The notes under the pieces are model-generated. The model was given only the letters and a program-made list of their open reading frames with translations, searched no databases and was not told the origin of the DNA. From positions 9,114,001 to 9,178,000 of the forward strand of contig NC_043006.1 in the NCBI RefSeq assembly GCF_006345805.1: 64,000 bases of DNA, given 5' to 3'. Both the position numbers and the translations under genes were made by a program. Shown here piece by piece: positions 13,265 to 26,461 of this stretch. Each line of letters begins with the position of its first letter. The first letter of the stretch is position 1. This DNA is from Octopus sinensis (taxonomy: Eukaryota).

Positions 13265-13773
13265 CACTTACTAATATTATAGTTTGCATATTGATATTTT
13301 CCTGGACTCGTGGCCCCATATGCTTGATCTTATGCTTGTATGGATATTAGTGCAAGCAATAACTATACATAGCGTCCTTCTACGAATCTACTTGCGTATA
13401 ATTCTAGAGACCTCAGATAGACCATCTCCTAACAGAAACGAGCAAAAAATCATACTTGTGTTTGTTCTGCAATATTCAAACTTTCCTTCTTTTCCTGTCT
13501 GTTCTTTTTATTTTTTCCCACGCTGATAAAGTCCCGTGATCGAAATCGGTCTTATTAACCAACTATGATTAATATTCTCTTAGCATCATAATGGTAATTC
13601 CAGAGAACTTTGGCTGCAGAAAAAACCGGTTAGATGGGATGCAGTTTTGTTTTTGTAAATTATTAATAAATGATAATTGATGCCAGTCGTACTTGTTCAT
13701 CAATGTTTCTTTATACATACATACACACACATATCTAAATATATCTCTCTCTCTATCTATCTATCTATCTATC

Positions 13774-14057
13774 TGATCGTTCCTTTTCTTCTTTTTTTTT
13801 CCTCTTCCCCATTTTTCCCCCTTTTTCTTCTTTTTTCATTTCTCTTTTCTTTTGTTCCTTTCACTTTCCCATTTTTTTATTATTTTTCTTTTTTATTCTA
13901 ATTTTTTTTGTTCTTTTCTTCCCTTTTACGATCCCTCTTGATCGAAAACCTACGCCACCCCCTTTTTTTCATCCCCTAAAAGAAAAGCTCTACCTTGTAA
14001 CTTCTCCCATCTGTGTGCAGCCCTGTGTGGCCAATAAAGAAACTTATCTATCTATCT

Positions 14058-14060
<3 letters not shown>
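13774..14060 (+). mobile_element. Retroposon 3' end (family E): pyrimidine-rich UTR, AATAAA, (CTAT)n tail
   Basis: Matches the reverse complement of 42191-42496 (GATCGAAAACCTACGCCACC...CCCATCTGTGTGCAGCCCTGTGT.GCCAATAAAGAAACTT). Flanked by (CTAT)n on both sides. Confidence 0.75.
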
Positions 14061-14122
<62 letters not shown>

Positions 14123-17100
14123 TATACATATATACATATATACATACACACATGCATACATATATATATATATATATACAGGGAGAGAGAGAGAGAGAGA
14201 GAGAGCGGGAGAGAGAAGTGAATTCATAAACATACATATTTGCTAGATAGGTATATATATATATGAGTGTGTGTGTATGTATATGCATACATATATATAT
14301 ATGCTGTGTGTTTCACATTTTATGATTACATCTGTTAAAATCAGTCCGTATATCATACCATTTTTCTGTTCCTGTATTTTAATTTAATATATGGTTTTGC
14401 TTATCACTGAAGAAATCACGATCGACAACGATTATATATTTGCTAACAAATCATTATTAATTATATTTTCCTCTTCATTATCAATTTTTAAAGACGCTGC
14501 GTCCAAAAGCACATGGTTCCTTAGTTACATTTCCTTTATTTCAGACCGTATGTTGTAGATTCTGTGAGTTTATCACCTATTATAAACTCTTTATTGGCTA
14601 TGCTACTTATTCCTAAAGTGTGACCTCCACCACTCTTATCAGCAACAGAGGAATTCTTTTTTCCTCTCTCAAACACTGTGATTACGTAATATTTTTTTGC
14701 CAGACAAATTATACATTTGTGTATACGTATTCGTATACGCATGCATGTATGAGTGAATCCCTTATTATGTATATTGCACTAGCGGCAATGCACCATACTT
14801 ACTACTGTGAATATTCATATAAGTCAAAAAGTGAGAGTCGTATGTACATACGGCACCGCACTGCAAACAGCATCGTGAAGATATAATTAATTATCTTCTA
14901 CTTTGCAAACTCTTCAAGATTTTACAAAATACAAGAACGCCATTATAATATTAATACAAATACGTGAATACCACCATATAGTTCGACTAACATCCATAGA
15001 ACGTTGTATGAGAGTACAATAATATCATTTAAATAATCCATTAGGCTTAACTTTACACTGCCCTAACAGATATTTTATCACCATCCTTTACATTGTATAT
15101 TATAACACAGCTGTATCAACTCCTAACTACGTAGAGAGTTCTAATGTAAATTGTCATTGGATACCCTATAGCCAACAACCTTATGAAATCCTTTACACAC
15201 GTCTCAGAACTGAGATTAGTGAAAAACATACTTATTATAAATCGACAAGAGAGACACCCTAGGTTGTTTAGTAAATATCACACACATCGTTATTATCTGG
15301 TTTGTTCTTTTTCGCAGATATATTCCTATCGCCGTTTCTCGTCAATTATTCTCCTCCATAATGTTGTATTGCGACTTAGAAGTTGATTGCACCAAACATC
15401 GAGGTTAGTGAGTTAAGATATTTCATGTGCACATGAAGATCGAGCGGCATATATAATGTATATATATATATTGTGTGTGTGTAAGCTTAGATAGATAGAT
15501 AGATACATACACACATACATACAAAATACAAAAGTACATATATACATGCATACATACATGTTTGCATACATACATACATACATACATATTTAAAAACAGT
15601 AGAATTGTTGCGAATGAATTTATACCTGATGTTCAATGCGCTACAGATTTTAAGCGAAAATTTAAATTGTAAACAATACGTTTGCAGCGTACCAATTTTA
15701 AAGCAATCAGCTTGATTGATGTGACAACTTTTTATTTATATACTCTATAAACAATAAAATCAGTTGTGTCATCTCGGTACTAGTACAAAACAATTTAATG
15801 CAGTCCAAACTTTATTGTAAAAGTCTATTCTGACGTTTCATCGCTTATCTTTTTGATATATGACAACGAAAATAAGGAATATTTTAAAATACTTTTTTTC
15901 TGTAGAGGACCGTCTGTGAATATATTACACGTCGATAATGTTTTTAGTCTTTGATAATTCATAATATCTTAACAAGTATTTTGATTTATGACGTCCAAAA
16001 GATATCAATTATGAGTATTTGTTCAAGATAAAGTATTTTATTTTTTATAACTGTTATACTTCTACTTTGAAAAATCATTATAAGTTTCTACATTTTTTGT
16101 GCGTTTCAATTTTATTGTATTTTGATAATTTTATATAATAAGATATTTGTTTATGATTTTATATAACTTTATAGTTATTCATGTAATTTTTCCACATACG
16201 TTACTTCATACTCGATAAACAAAGAGTTTAAGATTTTTATAAAACTGTAAGAAATGTAATAGCTGAAGGCATTATTTATCAAATATCATTTCAATTATCC
16301 CAACATAATCTCTTTACAGTGAATCGTCAGCTGTAATTACATTTCTACAACAGGGAATCACTTTTGAATGATCAACGTTATATAAGTTAATATATTTTGT
16401 TTGTGTTGAGCATTGAATGCAAAATGCTATTTTAGGCTTGTCAATCGTAGTGCACTAACTATACATGTTACGTGATTTTATGGACAACACAATTTTTGTT
16501 ATTTACTTTCACACGCTTAATGTTTTGAAATAAATAGACAGCAAAATATATATCTCTATTTTCATCGATGCATCACTCTTACACACTATCCGTTCCCAAT
16601 GTTAAATTACAATAAAATTCATTAATATTTAACTTTAAATTATTTAATTGACTTCATAGTTGCACTCAGCTTTGGAAATGAGAAATCAATTTACCTCTTT
16701 CGAGATTGAATGTTTACATTTATTAAACTGTTTCTCTCGGAGATAGTTGTAGTTTATAAGTGAGAGATTCTACTTTAATGTCATCACAATCAAAAATATA
16801 TTATACACTTGATTACTCTTTACCAATACTTGACATCTTCGGCAAGAATTTGTTTTATTTCCTTCATAATTAATCATTCCTGGTGGATAACATTTCCATA
16901 TCGAAACAGAATACAATCCTATTTTTCTACTGATGAGTATTTAGAATTGATAACTGATTATAAACGAGAAAGAAAGATAAGGTGCATTCCATATAAGTAT
17001 GCATTCCGCTATACGCAATCATACACACATATATACACACACATACACGCTCACAAACACATAGATACATTCCCGCATGCCTACTTATATACAAACAAAC

Positions 17101-18316
17101 ATATACAAATGCATAGAGATATTATTTACATAGTAATGCACAGAGAAACACATCCTGTTGTGGTATTTAACAAACCAATTAGTCAAAGGCTGAAGAAAGA
17201 CTTTTTTTTTGTTTATGGTACATAAAAGTAATTATGAAATAAGTTTGTTGAAAGTTTTATCTAGGAAGTTATATTATCGAGTAAATTAAGTGTAGTATTA
17301 GCTATCATTCAGAACAAAGCATACATGCCTACTGAAAATACGAATTATCGTGACTTGAAAAAAAAACAAAAAAATGCGCTTAACGCATGAAATAGAATGT
17401 GAAAGAAATACCACGTCAAAAAAAAACATTTCAACATAGTGAAATACTGCAGAAATAGAATAATTATTTCATAACTGTAACCCGGATATAAGATGTGTGT
17501 CACATTTGTTGTATTTCTTCCACCAGGATTATTCAGTTTTGTATATTTTGTTGAATGAAACAATTTTTAATTAGATAATATAGGCCTAATTTTCAAAATT
17601 CATTTATATTCATTTGAAGTTCTGCAGGGATTTTTAGGCAACCATAGAAACACTAACAACACGGTGTTTTCCAAACGCTGTAACGATATAAACACGCTAA
17701 TTTTGTTACATTCGCATCAAACGTATACTTTATACATAATACGTATCTGGATTTATATTCTCAAGAATTAAGTTTGAAAACATTTTTTATAGTCGAAGAA
17801 CTACGTGTTTTGTTAATTCAAAACTTTAACCCATTCCAATTCAAGTAATGAAGCAAGTAGCTTTCGGAACGATCAAATCTCTTTCACTTGAACTCGTGGT
17901 ATTTCAAGCGTTTCACTATAAAATTACCATAAACTAATTAAACAATTAATTACTCTCTAATCTCGAATTAAAATTTCATTGAAATTTCCATTAATATTTT
18001 GCCTCGTTTAAGCTCAGCTATTGATCGATTGTAAACTGAACATGTTACACGTTTTTACAATGAAATTAACTCAGTATCTTCACTAAAGAGATAACCGTGA
18101 TTACTTTCATTTAGGTCTTGTAATGCCCCAAGGTACTGAGAAGATAAACATTATTTAATAGTTCATCATTTCTAGTTACACACATAATTCACACGTGGTG
18201 TAGAACAAGCAGCATGTACAAGAGTAGAACAACTAGATTAATAATGTAACTGTCAAAACTCTGCGTTTCTGGGTTCAATTTGAGATAACTGTATTCTTTA
18301 CATTTCTCTGTGACTG

Positions 18317-18375
<59 letters not shown>

Positions 18376-19521
18376 GTCAAAGGCTATCACTATATTACAA
18401 CAAGATATTGCTTTCTCTACCGTTAGCTGTGAATACTTATTGAAAGTTTTCTGGCAACATGCCGCTATCCGTATTAGCCAAATTAGCGACAATTAATTAA
18501 CTTATATCAGAACATTTACCAATGATTCACGCGTCGCAACAATTCATTAATCCCTGTTTCTTGAAGTATTCTGTTGTATATATGCGTAGAAACTCATAAA
18601 TATATGCATATACATACAGACAGACACATATATGTATGGAAGTATGTTTGTATATATGTATGTATGTATATATGTATGTATTATATAGACATACACATAT
18701 ATATATATATATGCGTGTGTGTGAGTATGATCCGGTTCTTGACTGAAGACTGAGGGTTCGAATGTCCTGTCCGTGTTTATTGTATCGTCTTCTAAGAGTT
18801 ATACGTTCTTGTCCATGTTGTATTTTTCTACATACCTTAATATATATATATATATAGATATATATATATGCGTGTGTGTAGATATGTATGTGCCTGTGTG
18901 TGTGTATTCGCGATTACGTATACTTAATGTACAAGTAATTATTATGTTTTAGAAAATGTGATAATATTGAAGATAAATCTATTCTTTTTGATGCTGTTCG
19001 TGTTTAGTGTTTACTCACCCTCAATACGTCCCTAACTAAGCAAATCCCTGCCCTTGTTTAAACTTTGTTTTCTTTGAACCTGTGCACCTATTGTGTACTG
19101 CTTTAAAGATAATCCTTCTTCGTTTTCCACTTCTCTTTACGGTCTTCGAACAATCTTATTGATTTTCAGTACATTTTCTTCATGTAATAGCCCGCAGGTA
19201 AAAAGAAAATTCAACTATGCTGAATGAATTGAATAATATTTGATTATTTACAAACTTTATGGGCGAGCTAACGCGTATAGACTATATTTTCAGACACAAT
19301 CACAGCAACCACAGAGAAAAGAGTAGTCAACGAGAATGACATTGGTATTGCGAAAAATAAGAGCGAAATTTCCTTGAAACAACAGCCATATGCTGCTCTC
19401 AATTACATGCCATATTCGGCAATAATATTAGGTTATATTGGGTCTACTCTTAGGAACAATATCTAGAGGAAAGAATCGTGTAATCATGACTGGAATGTTG
19501 GTCGTTATAGTTTTATTCGAC

Positions 19522-19568
19522 AAGACTGATGAGCTAAGTAACCCAGCTATTATATCGAAATGTCTCTT
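19522..19568 (+). ncRNA. Candidate degenerate type-I hammerhead ribozyme
   Basis: AAGA-CTGATGA-(24 nt, weak stem II)-GAAAT-GTC-TCTT. Stem I AAGA/TCTT. Confidence 0.45.
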
Positions 19569-20009
19569 TGAAAAGAAGTATTTACTTGATAAAGTGTTGT
19601 ATATACAGCTAAAACGACGGGTTAGTCATAGCATGAATGTGTTTCAGCGTAGATCTATTCGCTCAGAGTTGACGTGTGGCAGCACGATAATAATAAATAA
19701 AACATTCTCCAGCACTGTTCGATAATCTGAATAGAGTTTTTTGTTGTTTGCTAATTATATGAATGACAAACAATGCTTTATGACGCCATATCGCACACAA
19801 AATCATGACAGAGAAGTAATAGTTCGTGACATAGAGTGACGATACTATGAAGAAGGAAACGATAACCTCCATGGCGTTTGTCATGAGTTGATTGCAGAAA
19901 GCAGAAATCATAAACATGCAAATAATGCGCGTGGGTAACACAAAAGTTTGTATACATAACATATAAACGTATGCATGAAAATAACACCCACTCGTTTATC
20001 TATCGATCG

Positions 20010-20023
20010 GTCTGTATATCTAT

Positions 20024-20111
<88 letters not shown>

Positions 20112-20124
20112 ATCTATATATTTA

Positions 20125-20157
<33 letters not shown>

Positions 20158-20166
20158 TTATCTATC

Positions 20167-20197
<31 letters not shown>

Positions 20198-20234
20198 ATA
20201 TATAATATATATATATATAATATATATATATCTC

Positions 20235-20283
<49 letters not shown>
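20010..20283. repeat. (TCTA)n + (TA)n compound microsatellite
   Basis: Directly visible. Confidence 0.95.
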
Positions 20284-20590
20284 CTATCTCTCCGTCGATC
20301 TGTTAGTCTATCTATCCAGTTATATCTTTCCCTCCCAATTGCTTAGTTATTCCATCACACACACATATGTAGATAAACAGGAATACAAATGAGGATATAT
20401 GTACGAATTTCTACGAAGGTTAATGATTTATATGTGGTTAATATACCAGTGATCATGGTAACTACTCACTACAAGAATATTTACTTACAAAACATCATGG
20501 AATAACTGCGAAAAGTAACAAATATTCACGTCTATTCACATTTTAATCTAAACACTAAACTGTCACTTTGTATTCTCGGCATATATAGAC

Positions 20591-20748
20591 GTAGGAGTGG
20601 CTGTGTGTTAAGCAGCTAGCTAACCAAGCAAATGGTTCAGGGTTCAGTCCCACTGCATAGCACCTTGGGCAGGTGTCTTCTACTATAGCCTCGGACCGAC
20701 CAAAGTCTTGTGAGTAGAGTTGGTGGAAAGAAACTGAAAAAAGCGCGT

Positions 20749-20749
<1 letters not shown>
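20591..20749 (+). mobile_element. SINE family D 5' half
   Basis: GTAGGAGTGGCTGTGTG...GGGTTCAGTCCCACTGC...CTACTATAGCCTCGG, ending at the internal (TA)n. Confidence 0.85.
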
Positions 20750-20783
<34 letters not shown>

Positions 20784-20836
20784 GAAAAAACAAGTCAAAA
20801 ATAGAAAATGCTAAAATAATTTTATAGTGAACATTT

Positions 20837-20874
20837 CAGTACCGGTTTCGGTCATTTTGAGACCTTTTCAACTG
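20837..20874 (-). ncRNA. Minimal type-I hammerhead ribozyme (U3-A8 variant) in a PLE-like end
   Basis: Minus: CAG-UUGAAAA-GGUC(UCAAAAU)GACC-GAAAC-CG-GUA-CUG. Stem II 4 bp, palindromic stem III ACCGGU. Confidence 0.75.
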
Positions 20875-21129
20875 TAACGATTAAATAATTAAATTTAGAA
20901 AAATTAGAAGAAAAGTTTTTTTAAAAGAATATTTCTATAGTAGTGTTCAGATTTAAGTGGCATTCTGCCTTTCTCTGACTCCCTTGTTTGCACTTGTGTG
21001 TTGGAGGTCGTTGTCCACTGGACTCACTGTCTACCATTTACGGATTCTCGTTTGGATATTTTCCCTCCGGCTGCACGTCTCCTACATACGGATCACAATG
21101 GACTCTACTCTTGATGGGAAATCCTTGCA

Positions 21130-21315
21130 ATACACCACGACGTCAAAAAACCTTTTAACTTTACGTATCTCCTTGTCGTTTCTGTGTCCCTTTCTTTTGA
21201 AGATCGTAGGCTCGAAACGTAAAAGCCTTTTTTTCTATTCCTGAGCGTTATACTAATACATCTGTTTGTTTTGTACACCATCTGTCTTCGTCTTTTGTTT
21301 TTTTTCGTAACTTCC

Positions 21316-21318
<3 letters not shown>
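21130..21318 (+). mobile_element. Penelope-like element 3' end with decayed hammerhead at 21190-21225
   Basis: CTTT-CTTTTGA-A-GATC(GTAG)GCTC-GAAAC-GTA-AAAG. Homologous to the reverse complement of 57260-57450. Ends in (TA)n. Confidence 0.65.
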
Positions 21319-21351
<33 letters not shown>

Positions 21352-21354
<3 letters not shown>

Positions 21355-21548
21355 GGGGCACAATGGCTAGGGCAGCGGACTCGCTCCATGAGGCTCCGGC
21401 AGGGGGTGGTGATCCCTGCTGTTCTCTTTCACCACTCTTTCTCTCACTCTTTCTTCTGTTGGCATCGTACGAAGTCTAAAACAATGCGAACGCATTGTGA
21501 CCAGCGATGTGTGTAACTACATCTGATGGACTGGTCGGTCACGTGATA
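21352..21548 (+). mobile_element. SINE family A head/core (deleted) with a third 3' tail (tail type 3)
   Basis: GTGGGGGCACAATGGC...GAGGCTCCGGCAGGGGGTGGTGATCCCTGCTG...TTTCTCTCACTC, then tail AATGCGAACGCATTGTGACCAGCG...GGTCGGTCACGTGATA. Confidence 0.75.
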
Positions 21549-21586
21549 AGTTATAAGTGATATTATATATATAATATATATATTAT

Positions 21587-21628
<42 letters not shown>

Positions 21629-24132
21629 TATATATATATATTATATATATATAATATATATATATATACCCATAGGCGCCGTTTTATGCATGTGCTAACG
21701 TGTATTCAATAAACTTCAATCATCTTCCAGTAAGTATTTGCATTATTTGGTTGTTTTGTGACAAAAATTTGCTTTTAACATGAATTAATATTTTATACGA
21801 AGTAGATCTAACAACACAAGATACTTATGTTTTGTCTATATTTCGTATTTATTTATTCCATCTGACACCTAAGCGAAAAGATAATAATAATGACAAACTT
21901 TACATGTCATATCTATCCATATCAGTTGAGTAAGTACATACAAATGAATCCTGGTAATATAAATGTATACAAGTAATCACTGTCGTTTCTGCGTGATCTC
22001 CACCTCTTCAATTCATTGACAAGAGAAAAGTTGTGTTGATAAAGAATATTTGAAAAATTTATTAATGGCTTCTTCCATTCGTTTTATTTTTTTAAAATCA
22101 TATTTGACGTTTACATTACGTTTAATTATCTGCTATACGTGAAGATATATGTATAGTGAATTAGAAATCTTTAATGAATAATAAAATAAAATACAGCAGG
22201 TTCCTTTGCCAAAAATAATTTTCTGAGAAATTCAAGATACAATTTAAATGAACGTAATGGTCACAGTGATACTTTGCATTTCACTTTCTTAAAGAATTTT
22301 CTTTTGGGAAAGTCAAAAGTCGTCTTTCTATCAAAATTGAATCGCTTTATTGGTAAGCAGCCAAATTATATAGTAAAATCGGAATCCCTACTTTGATCAA
22401 ACAGTCGGACCAGTCAGAATTACGACAACAGTTTATTGATCTTGGGGAATAAGACCAATACAGAGATATATAGAAGAGTAGAAATTAAAAGGAAATGATG
22501 CTGTGTGATTTGTATATCGGGAGTCTCTACCACGTATGATAAATCACACTAGTAGCGCTAAATAGAAAAAGCGGCAACAAGAGTGATAACTAAAATTAAG
22601 TTGGTAATTATGATCCTATTACTTGTAAGTGGCAATACTCAAAGAAGATCAGCAACTTTCCCACGTTATTAGATATGTAAAAACTATACATAGGACTACA
22701 TTTGCAAATATCACTAGTCATTGACAATATGTCTTTCAAATAAATACGATATATTACGTGCAGAGCTAGATAGGTTACTCTTCCGTTTAGTGGCCCCCGA
22801 ATATTATCATTGTCCTTTCTGCTTCCGCTTTATATGTTTAGACACCGGCCGCTCTATCTGCAGCACCAATGCTGAGATTATGGCGACGATGAAGCATTAC
22901 TTCGAAGATTTTCCCACAGACACGTAGAAAAATATGACATTTTATATTATATTGAGATCAGATATACGAGAAATAATGATATAAGTTCTTCTGTATGTGG
23001 CTTTCACCTTTGTGTATTGTTAGAATCTCTGCATTGTATGTTTTACGTGCTATTCGTCGGTGACCCACAATAGATCAACCAGGAACTTGAAATTCTGTAG
23101 CACAATGCAAAGATGTACCCCTTAGTAATCCGTTGTGATTCAGTATCCTAATTCATTTGTAATATATTATGCATGGGCTGCAATATCATAACTTTCAAAT
23201 TTTTACGCCTTTTCTAGAATATTTTTCCCTATTATTCAAACTTAATTTTTTTGTTAATGTTTATGTGTGTATCATTATAGGACATACAGCGTCTTATATA
23301 TGCCATAACTAGTATGCTCTCGTTTGCATCTTTCACTAATATTCTTGACAGTTTCAAATTATCTATCTTTATAATATGTTTCAATGCACTTATCTTCATT
23401 TGATTGTCCATGATACTTTTTAGCCATTACATTTCATCGGACAATGAAACAGTGTATATATCGAATCATTTCAATATCTTCAATTTTCTGTACACCAATC
23501 GATTATTTCTCTGTATTTCGCTTTATTTATATTCAAAGATATGCTACTCCCCGAAGTACTTTACATATATTAACGTGTGTGCTGCCAATGACAATATATT
23601 CGTCTCTAATACGATAGTTTCAACTTTGGTTACAATAATTCATTTTTATTCTCTAAGAGTCCATTAATTTGTTGAACTTGATACACTTATCGCAAATTAA
23701 GTTATACTTTTTCATGTAAATGAGTTATAAAACATATCCCAAATGCAAAATTATTGCTAGAGTGTGCGTACCTTCCACACTCTATTCACCTCTAATTTGA
23801 AAAAAAATAAATCAACTTATTTCGCATTATAAAACTTCCTCTAGTATGTTACTTGTCTCAAGATGTCAACTATTCTAATATATCAGACATCTATTCTACT
23901 TCATTCCAACATAATTGTCGTCAGGCATGAAAGTATGTTATACATTCTTATGCAAGTGTATGTATCTATGCCTGTATATGTGTATGGATGTATACGAATG
24001 GATACACCTATGTATATATATGAGCAATCCGGGGGTTGAACCCAGAATGTTCTGTCCGGGCAAGATTGTGGAAAACCATTAGTCGCTTATGCATATCAAC
24101 ATATCCTTTACAATGCCACCCATGGCAATGCG

Positions 24133-24243
24133 AAAGTGCATGGCTTTGTGGTTAGAATGTCAGGCGCACAATTATGAGGTACTGAGTTTGATTCGAACCG
24201 GGCTGTTTGTTGTGTCCTAGAGCAAAAAAATTCACGTAGCTCC
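24133..24243 (+). mobile_element. tRNA-derived SINE family C head fragment
   Basis: GCATGGCTTTGTGGTTAGA (A-box-like)...GAGTTTGATTCG (B-box-like)...TTGTGTCCTAGAGCAA. Confidence 0.55.
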
Positions 24244-24260
24244 ATACATACATATACATA

Positions 24261-24483
24261 CGAGCTGGCAGAAACGTTAATACGCTGAGCGAAATGCTTA
24301 GCGGTATTTCGTCTGCCGTTACGTTCTGGGTTCAAATTCCGCCGAGGTCGACTTTGCCTTTCATCCTTTCGGGGTCGATAAATATTAAGTACCAATTACG
24401 CACTGGGGTCGATGTAATCGACTTAATCCCTTTGTCTGTCCTTGTTTCTCCCCTCTATGCTCAGCCCTTTGTGGTTAGTAAAG

Positions 24484-24487
<4 letters not shown>
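24261..24487 (+). mobile_element. SINE family B, near full length
   Basis: GAGCTGGCAGAAACGTTA...GGGTTCAAATTCCGCCGAGGTCGACTTTGCCTTTCATCCTTTCGGGGTCGATAAA...AAAGAAATA. Copies at 40097, 44897 and 57941. Confidence 0.9.
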
Positions 24488-24524
<37 letters not shown>

Positions 24525-25103
24525 AATACATACGTATACAGATATATATACACACACACATATATATATATACAGATACACACACATATACACATAAATA
24601 CACACACACACATGCATAACAACATATCTGGCATATTTGGCATCAGATATAAATATCAGAAATGACATATGTCTATGTATGCAAACGTTTACATGCATAT
24701 AAAGGAACATATAGTTATTCATATATATTCAAATAATTACACTTATAAATGTATGCATACGGGTATAGATATACACACTGAGTAAATTTTTTGTAAGCAC
24801 GTATTAAGAATAGTGTCTACAAAACAGAATACTCTCAGGTATTTCATTAAGCAAGTTCTTCTTAGATGTTAATATCTGACATAATTCAGCTATACTCAGG
24901 TTGCATCAAGCATCATTAATTTTATACGTTCTAGCATCACTAAGTATGTTCTTAGATTTCTTTCTACCCTACAATTCCCAAATTATCTTACTTAGATTAG
25001 TACTGTTCAGTCTATCTGTATCCCAAAAGGTGTATTTGTTTGCTATCCGTTATTTAAGTATATATGTATGTATGTATGTATTATGTATGTATGTATGTAT
25101 GTG

Positions 25104-25134
<31 letters not shown>

Positions 25135-25428
25135 ATATATATATATATATATGTATGTATATGTATATGTATATATATATATATATCTTTATATATATAT
25201 ATATATATACATACAACACACCACACACACACAACATATATATATATATATAGGGAAAGCTTACGAAAAAAACAAAATTATGTATTCATATATATATATA
25301 TATATATATAATAATATAATATATAGCTAGATAGATACATACATATATACATACATAAATGCATACATACGTACATACATACATGCATGTTTCTATCGTG
25401 TTGGCGAGAAACATTTCGTTTGGAATTC

Positions 25429-25474
25429 AGAGACCGTTTCCGATGTGCTTGCTTCCACATCTAATCATCGGTAC
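25429..25474 (-). ncRNA. Candidate hammerhead ribozyme relic
   Basis: Minus: GUA-CCGAUGA-UUA-GAUGUG(GAAGCAAG)CACAUC-G-GAAAC-G-GUC-UCU. Good stem II, weak stem I. Confidence 0.4.
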
Positions 25475-25608
25475 AACCCTTTAACTTCCCAAATTTCACG
25501 CCTTAAATGACTACTCAAGATTCCATACCAATTATCTGTGAACAAGCATTGCAGTTCAGAAAGTATGTATCTGTAGTGTCATACACGTTTATGATACAGC
25601 ATCATGGA

Positions 25609-25984
25609 TCTCTCTCTATATAAACGGCAGTTTGTCTGTGCGTGTTTCTGTGTGTCTGTCAGGTTGTACCCTCACCCTGACCACGGCTTTCAACCGATTC
25701 TGATGAAACTTGACACACACATAGCCCAATGTCATAATTCAAAACTAACGCAGCGAAAATTTTGAAAAGTTCCCCCAGTTCTGAAAAAAATCGATAAATT
25801 CGACATGGGGTCGAGAACAAAAAAAAACAAACCACAGACTGTCTAGGGGACGCAACTCAACCTTTTATTACTCTCAAAAAAAAATTTACCATCATTTTTT
25901 TTCCATTTTTTGGCTATAACTCTCTAAAAATGCTTTATAGTTATTTCCCTTACAAACCTGAGCAACGCCGGGCGATACTGCTAG
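25609..25984 (+). mobile_element. Non-autonomous Helitron
   Basis: A|TC 5' end, 3' hairpin CC(T)GAGCAACGCCGGG, then CTAG|T at 25981-25985. No TSD. Confidence 0.88.
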
Positions 25985-26383
25985 TTTTATAAATAAATTG
26001 GAACATACATATCATGCATCGTCCTGATAATTGGATGATGTTACAAGCACAGCTGTTCACAAGCAGTTCCTCGCACTACTTTAAATAGGCAGGTAGTTCA
26101 ACATTCGTAAGGTTGATAGACGTAAGGTTACTATTTTGTAGGTGAGCGGATTGAAACAATGTGAAATGATGTATTTTACTAATGAACACAGAGACCCGAA
26201 AGTCTGGAGATGAAAATCGAAGGACTGCGATCGTGAGTGCAACATTCTAGCGACTCGATCGCATATCTTCACACAAAAGCTCGCACAGTTATACACACAC
26301 ACACACACACACAGACATAGACACTACACACGCACACTTATAAGTGCGTACTTGTGTGCATATATATATATATATATATAATA

Positions 26384-26435
<52 letters not shown>

Positions 26436-26461
26436 CACACACATATATATATATATATATA

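Noticed and set aside
13527-13556. CTGATAA...GAAATCGGTC hammerhead-like motif
   Set aside because: G8 is lost without compensation and no stem I can form.
14536-14742. Non-repetitive ORFs as host exons (also 50876-51115, 63150-63332)
   Set aside because: No recognisable domain and no consistent splice or phase chain.
18743-18770. CTGAAGA...TCGAATGTC hammerhead-like motif followed by a T-rich tail and (TA)n
   Set aside because: GAAA is broken and stems I and II do not pair. At best a badly decayed relic.
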